A stretch of DNA of 64,000 bases from Chloroherpetonaceae bacterium (GTDB lineage Bacteria; Bacteroidota; Chlorobiia; Chlorobiales; Thermochlorobacteraceae): the NCBI GenBank assembly GCA_046292465.1, contig JBKBRB010000002.1, positions 159,027 through 223,026 of the forward strand, given 5' to 3'. A program made the translations under genes and the position numbers. The notes beneath the pieces are model-generated. The model searched no databases, was not told the origin of the DNA, and was given only the letters and a program-made list of their open reading frames with translations. The first letter of the stretch is position 1. Every line of letters starts with the position of its first letter. Shown piece after piece: positions 60,122-64,000 of the stretch.

Positions 60122-61852
60122 TTATTCCACCTTTAAATCACGCAGACGCAGTTGAAGCGTTGTTATTCCGTTCCACTCTCTTTCATCAATAGAATAGATA
60201 ATACTGACACTTCGCTCTGGTTCTTTGAGTGCTTCGAAGTAGTGCGCCATGCCGAACCCAATGACATCAAATATTCTTCTTTGTTTATCGCGCACAGCAA
60301 ATTTGAGATGTTTATCAATTTTGAGACGCTTATCTTCAAGCAGTTTTGGCGGATAGGCGAGCGTGAGGTTGCGGGTAAGAAATAGCGGGTGCATATTTCC
60401 TGGACCACAAGGCTCAAATTGTTTGAGCACGTTGTAAAAGTTCGATGTAATTTGTTCTAATTTTAACTCCGAATCAATTTGAATGGTGGGCGTGCGTAGT
60501 TCAAACGCTAAGTTTTCGGCGCAGTAGTTATCAAATGCTCTTCGAAAGTCATCTAATTGATTGATGTGCATCGAAAGCCCTGCTGCCATTTCGTGTCCGC
60601 CAAATTGAATCAAGTGGGATTGGCAGTTAGAAATCGCGTTGAAGAGATTGAAGCCCACGACGCTCCTGCCAGAGCCTTTGAGAATCCCCTCATTTTCGGT
60701 GAGAATAATTGTGGGCAAGTAAAATCGCTCTACAATTTTTGACGCCACGATTCCAATCACGCCCAAATGCCAGTCAGGCTTATAGAGCACAATAGACGAG
60801 GCATATTGCGCGAGCATTTTTTTTGCATCTTTTTCGGCTTCTTCGTAGACATCGTCATTGATTTCGCGTCGCGTTTCATTTAAGTCTCTTAAGCATGCCG
60901 CCGCTTTTTTCGCTTCGTTTTCGTCTTGGGCGGTAAGCAATTTAATGGCTTCGCGTGCGTGGTCTAATCGTCCCGCCGCATTGATTCTCGGGCTAAGCTC
61001 AAAGACAATAGATGAAGATGAAAGTTGTTCAACATTCAATCTTGAAATTTCTGCAAGTGCTTTCAACCCGGGACGCTTTGCAAGTTGTATGCGTTTAATT
61101 CCTTCAGACATCAGCACGCGATTTTCGCCTACAATCGGAACAATATCTGCGGCAACGGCGAGCGCGACGAAGTCTAAAAATTCAAAGGCAAGTTCTCTAT
61201 CAATTCCACGCACAGCGCACAGCGCACATGCCAATTTGAACGCTACACCACAGCCCGAAAGCTCCTTGAATGGATAAGTGCAATCGTCTTGTTTGGCGTC
61301 GAGAATCGCGAGTGCGTCGGGGCGTTCTGCTTTTGCTTCGTGGTGGTCGCAGATAATCACATCAATTCCGTTTTGGCGACAATAGTTAATAGGCTCGATT
61401 GATGTAATGCCGCAGTCGACCGTTACAATCACTTTGACGTTTTGCGAAATGGCATAGTTGATTCCCGTCCGTGCAACGCCATAGCCTTCGGTTTTTCTAT
61501 CATTGACGTAAAATTCAACCTCTGCGCCGAGTTTTTTGAGAAATAATAATAAGAGCGATGTTGCGGTTGTGCCGTCGACATCGTAATCGCCGTAAATCAA
61601 AATTTTCTCGCATCCGTCAATGGCTTTTGAAAGACGCTCCGCCGCTTCTTTCATTCCGTTCATCAAAAACGGCGAATATAGATGTTCAATCGATGGTCGG
61701 AAAAAGTTTTTCGCTTCGTCGTAATTTGTGATGCCACGATTGACGAGCGCACGCGCAATCGGCTCACTTACTTTGATTTGCTGCATGAGCGTTTGAACCT
61801 TTTCTGTATCAGGTTCGCTCATTATCCAACGATATTGTTTGTATGGCGTCAT
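60122..61852 (-). CDS. recJ: single-stranded-DNA-specific exonuclease RecJ
   Basis: The DHH motifs are YGDYDVDGTTAT, TVDCG and ICDHH. The DHHA1 motif is FGGHEMAAG. Confidence 0.93.
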   Translation of the reverse strand: MTPYKQYRWIMSEPDTEKVQTLMQQIKVSEPIARALVNRGITNYDEAKNFFRPSIEHLYSPFLMNGMKEAAERLSKAIDGCEKILIYGDYDVDGTTATSLLLLFLKKLGAEVEFYVNDRKTEGYGVARTGINYAISQNVKVIVTVDCGITSIEPINYCRQNGIDVIICDHHEAKAERPDALAILDAKQDDCTYPFKELSGCGVAFKLACALCAVRGIDRELAFEFLDFVALAVAADIVPIVGENRVLMSEGIKRIQLAKRPGLKALAEISRLNVEQLSSSSIVFELSPRINAAGRLDHAREAIKLLTAQDENEAKKAAACLRDLNETRREINDDVYEEAEKDAKKMLAQYASSIVLYKPDWHLGVIGIVASKIVERFYLPTIILTENEGILKGSGRSVVGFNLFNAISNCQSHLIQFGGHEMAAGLSMHINQLDDFRRAFDNYCAENLAFELRTPTIQIDSELKLEQITSNFYNVLKQFEPCGPGNMHPLFLTRNLTLAYPPKLLEDKRLKIDKHLKFAVRDKQRRIFDVIGFGMAHYFEALKEPERSVSIIYSIDEREWNGITTLQLRLRDLKVE

Positions 61853-61932
61853 GTCAGAGCGGGGTTTGTTGTTTTAGGATTTGAAATTCAATATCTACAT
61901 CATTTGAAAGGGGTAACGCTTGTCGTAAACCA

Positions 61933-61959
61933 AAAGCGTCGGACTTTTGCCGACGCTTT
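61933..61959 (-). terminator. rho-independent terminator of the 62022-62726 gene
   Basis: A perfect 10-bp stem AAAGCGTCGG / CCGACGCTTT has a 7-nt loop. On the minus strand it is followed by TTTTGGTTT. Confidence 0.7.
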
Positions 61960-62021
61960 GATGCAAAGATAAGGTTATGGCTAAAAACGTCAAGAACGCT
62001 TCAAATATCGTTCAATCTTGC

Positions 62022-62726
62022 TTATTCGTAGCTTTTGATGAGTTCTGCAACGGCTTGTCTGCCTTCTTCACTGAGCTCTATTTTTTCTTTCAGGTCGAAG
62101 ACGCTGAAGAAATTTTGACGACGTTCTAAATTGACCTTGATGTTCGTATCTAAAATGCCGAACTCTTTAAACTCTTGCTTGATTTCGTCTATTGATGCGC
62201 TAAACGAGCCATTTGCAAGGGCATTAGCGACCGTTCTAAGAAGCGCTGCATTGACTTGTGCTTCTGACTTTTTGTTGGTTTTCAGTTCCATGTATTTTCC
62301 AACGATGCCTCGCTCGGTATATGCATAGAGCTTTTTCAGCATATCGGGCGATATTTGGTATTTCGCCATAAACTCGCCCACGTTTTCAAACGGCAGTTCT
62401 CCGATTTCTACGATTGGGCTCACTTCGCCTAAGTTTCGCTCTAATTTTGTATCGCTACTTTTTCTTTTTTTTTTCTTTTTTTCTTCCTTTTCGATTTTGC
62501 GACCGTTCTTTTCTTCTTCTGCTTCTTCCTTACTTACCTTCATGGCTTTTTTGCTCTTTTTCTCAACGGTCGTTTCTGGCACAGTTAATACTTTGCTATT
62601 TACGCCTACGTTTGCAAGCGCGTGGTCAATAAGTGCTCGCAACACTTCGTCGCGCATTTCGCCTGCTTGTTCAGCTGTTTCGAGAATTTCGGGGAGCAGA
62701 TGTGCAATTTGCTTGTATCCTGCCAT
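62022..62726 (-). CDS. hypothetical protein with central Lys/Glu-rich tract
   Basis: 234 aa with helical termini. The centre reads KKSKKAMKVSKEEAEEEKNGRKIEKEEKKKKKRKSS and is encoded partly by A5/A10/A7 runs. A terminator lies downstream. Confidence 0.5.
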   Translation of the reverse strand: MAGYKQIAHLLPEILETAEQAGEMRDEVLRALIDHALANVGVNSKVLTVPETTVEKKSKKAMKVSKEEAEEEKNGRKIEKEEKKKKKRKSSDTKLERNLGEVSPIVEIGELPFENVGEFMAKYQISPDMLKKLYAYTERGIVGKYMELKTNKKSEAQVNAALLRTVANALANGSFSASIDEIKQEFKEFGILDTNIKVNLERRQNFFSVFDLKEKIELSEEGRQAVAELIKSYE

Positions 62727-63135
62727 TTTACTTTACTTTTTATGTTTGATTTATTTGTTTGTTTAAGAAATTAGAACGCACAAATATAAAACACTGTATT
62801 TTTACTACAAATTTTTTATTCGTTTATTTTTCGCTCTAAAATTGATATTAGTATCGATTTTGCCTATTTGCTCCAATGCTGCGATGTGGCACATTTGTTG
62901 TTAGTTTCGCGATGCGTTTGACATCTTCCTTTGTCAAAGTCCTTTGTGCAAGTTACACTCCCCCTTCCCTGTGCTGATGATTGCACTTGCCACACTGCCC
63001 TATGAAAGTGTGCTTTCAAGATACACCTAAGGAAATCGTTTGGCGATGTGTGCTCACGCATTTGCCATTGTTGTTGAAATCTGTAAATTCATTTTGGTTG
63101 TTACCTTACTTCCAAACATTGACAGAGGAGAAACC

Positions 63136-64000
63136 ATGACAGAATTAATCACAATTGAACGGCACATTATTGAACAGCAGAAGAAGTATCCTTCGGCAAC
63201 GGGTGAGTTTTCTCAACTTCTTTCGGATGTTACTTTTGCGGCGAAACTGGTTCGCCGTGAGGTCATTCGCGCAGGATTGGTCGACATTCTCGGCGCGCAC
63301 GGCACTATGAATGTGCAAGGCGAAGAGGTCAAAAAATTAGATGTGTTTGCTAACGAAAAATTCATTCAAGCGATTGGGCATCATGGTCGGTTTGCGGTCA
63401 TGGGTTCAGAAGAATGTGAAGGCATTATCACGCCGCCTGAGGGCAAAACATCGGGGAAATACGTGCTACTTTTCGACCCACTCGACGGCTCTTCAAACAT
63501 TGATGCTAACGTGGGCGTCGGAACGATTTTCTCAATCTATAAGCGCATTTCCGACCCAGCTAGCGGACCTGGCACACTTCAAGATTGCTTGCAAAAAGGC
63601 TCACAGCAAGTTGCCGCTGGCTATGTGATTTATGGCTCGTCGGTGATGCTCGTCTATACAACAGGGCAAGGTGTTCATGGATTCACCTTAGACCCGACTA
63701 TCGGAGAGTTTTTGCTTTCACATGAAAACATCACGACGCCCAAGCGCGGCAAAATTTACTCGATGAACGAAGGCTATTATCGCTACTTCTTTGACGGCAT
63801 CAAGAAATACATCAAGTATCTTCAACAAGAAGACAAAGCCACCAATCGCCCTTACTCTGCGCGTTATGTCGGCTCGCTTGTTGCCGACTTTCATCGCAAT
63901 TTGCTTTATGGTGGAATTTTCATTTACCCGCGCACGAAAAAAGCCCCGAACGGAAAGTTGCGACTGCTCTACGAAGCCAATCCTCTTGCTTTCGTGTGCG
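63136..64000 (+). CDS. fbp: fructose-1,6-bisphosphatase class 1 (3' end beyond window)
   Basis: GAGGAG lies 6 nt upstream of the ATG at 63136. The N-terminus [29 protein letters not shown]... and the hallmark [24 protein letters not shown] are present. The frame is open to the window edge, so it is absent from the ORF track. Confidence 0.9.
   Translation, partial: MTELITIERHIIEQQKKYPSATGEFSQLLSDVTFAAKLVRREVIRAGLVDILGAHGTMNVQGEEVKKLDVFANEKFIQAIGHHGRFAVMGSEECEGIITPPEGKTSGKYVLLFDPLDGSSNIDANVGVGTIFSIYKRISDPASGPGTLQDCLQKGSQQVAAGYVIYGSSVMLVYTTGQGVHGFTLDPTIGEFLLSHENITTPKRGKIYSMNEGYYRYFFDGIKKYIKYLQQEDKATNRPYSARYVGSLVADFHRNLLYGGIFIYPRTKKAPNGKLRLLYEANPLAFVC

Noticed and set aside
62864-63061. 65-aa minus-strand ORF between the KE-rich gene and fbp
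   Set aside because: It has no start context or family resemblance, and it overlaps the hairpin-containing spacer.

Overview
This is a dense 64-kb chromosomal window with about 57 protein-coding genes. By eye I found no rRNA, tRNA, CRISPR array, integrase or transposase. Everything here is manual reading of the sequence and the ORF track, with no database or covariance search. Gene content points to an FCB-group bacterium, probably Chlorobiota/Ignavibacteriota-like (inference only). The evidence is three proteins with T9SS C-terminal sorting domains, a PorV/PorQ-like barrel, a CarboxypepD_reg-type TonB-dependent receptor, type III glutamine synthetase, a TrxR-like ferredoxin-NADP reductase of the Chlorobium type, an animal-type PTPS next to FolE, and a GvpL/F protein. 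Clear housekeeping genes are mfd, recJ, nuoH, folE, tsaB/tsaE, glgE, fbp (truncated at the right edge), iscX and apaG. The main candidates for something new are listed below. (1) A six-gene minus-strand outer-membrane cluster (45728-57497) combines a TonB-dependent receptor, a PorV-like barrel, two unassignable lipoproteins and two secreted cargo proteins, with no SusD. An ExeM/NucH-like nuclease lies nearby. (2) A 15-bp 7-1-7 palindrome, TGCAAAT-N-ATTTGCA, occurs twice in a COG0523-led seven-gene string. That string contains a permease-less ABC ATPase, a Cys/His mini-lipoprotein and a NapH-like membrane protein. (3) An orphan GvpL/F gene is translationally coupled to a coiled-coil protein. 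(4) A family of hairpin-forming AT-rich intergenic repeats has two near-identical copies, each placed just 3' of a T9SS cargo gene. (5) Smaller items include a membrane-anchored protein with a HiPIP-like 4-Cys tail, a decayed toxin-antitoxin pair abutting an Rpn/DUF2887 nuclease, a multiply disrupted GT2 pseudogene, and several perfect tandem duplications in promoter regions.
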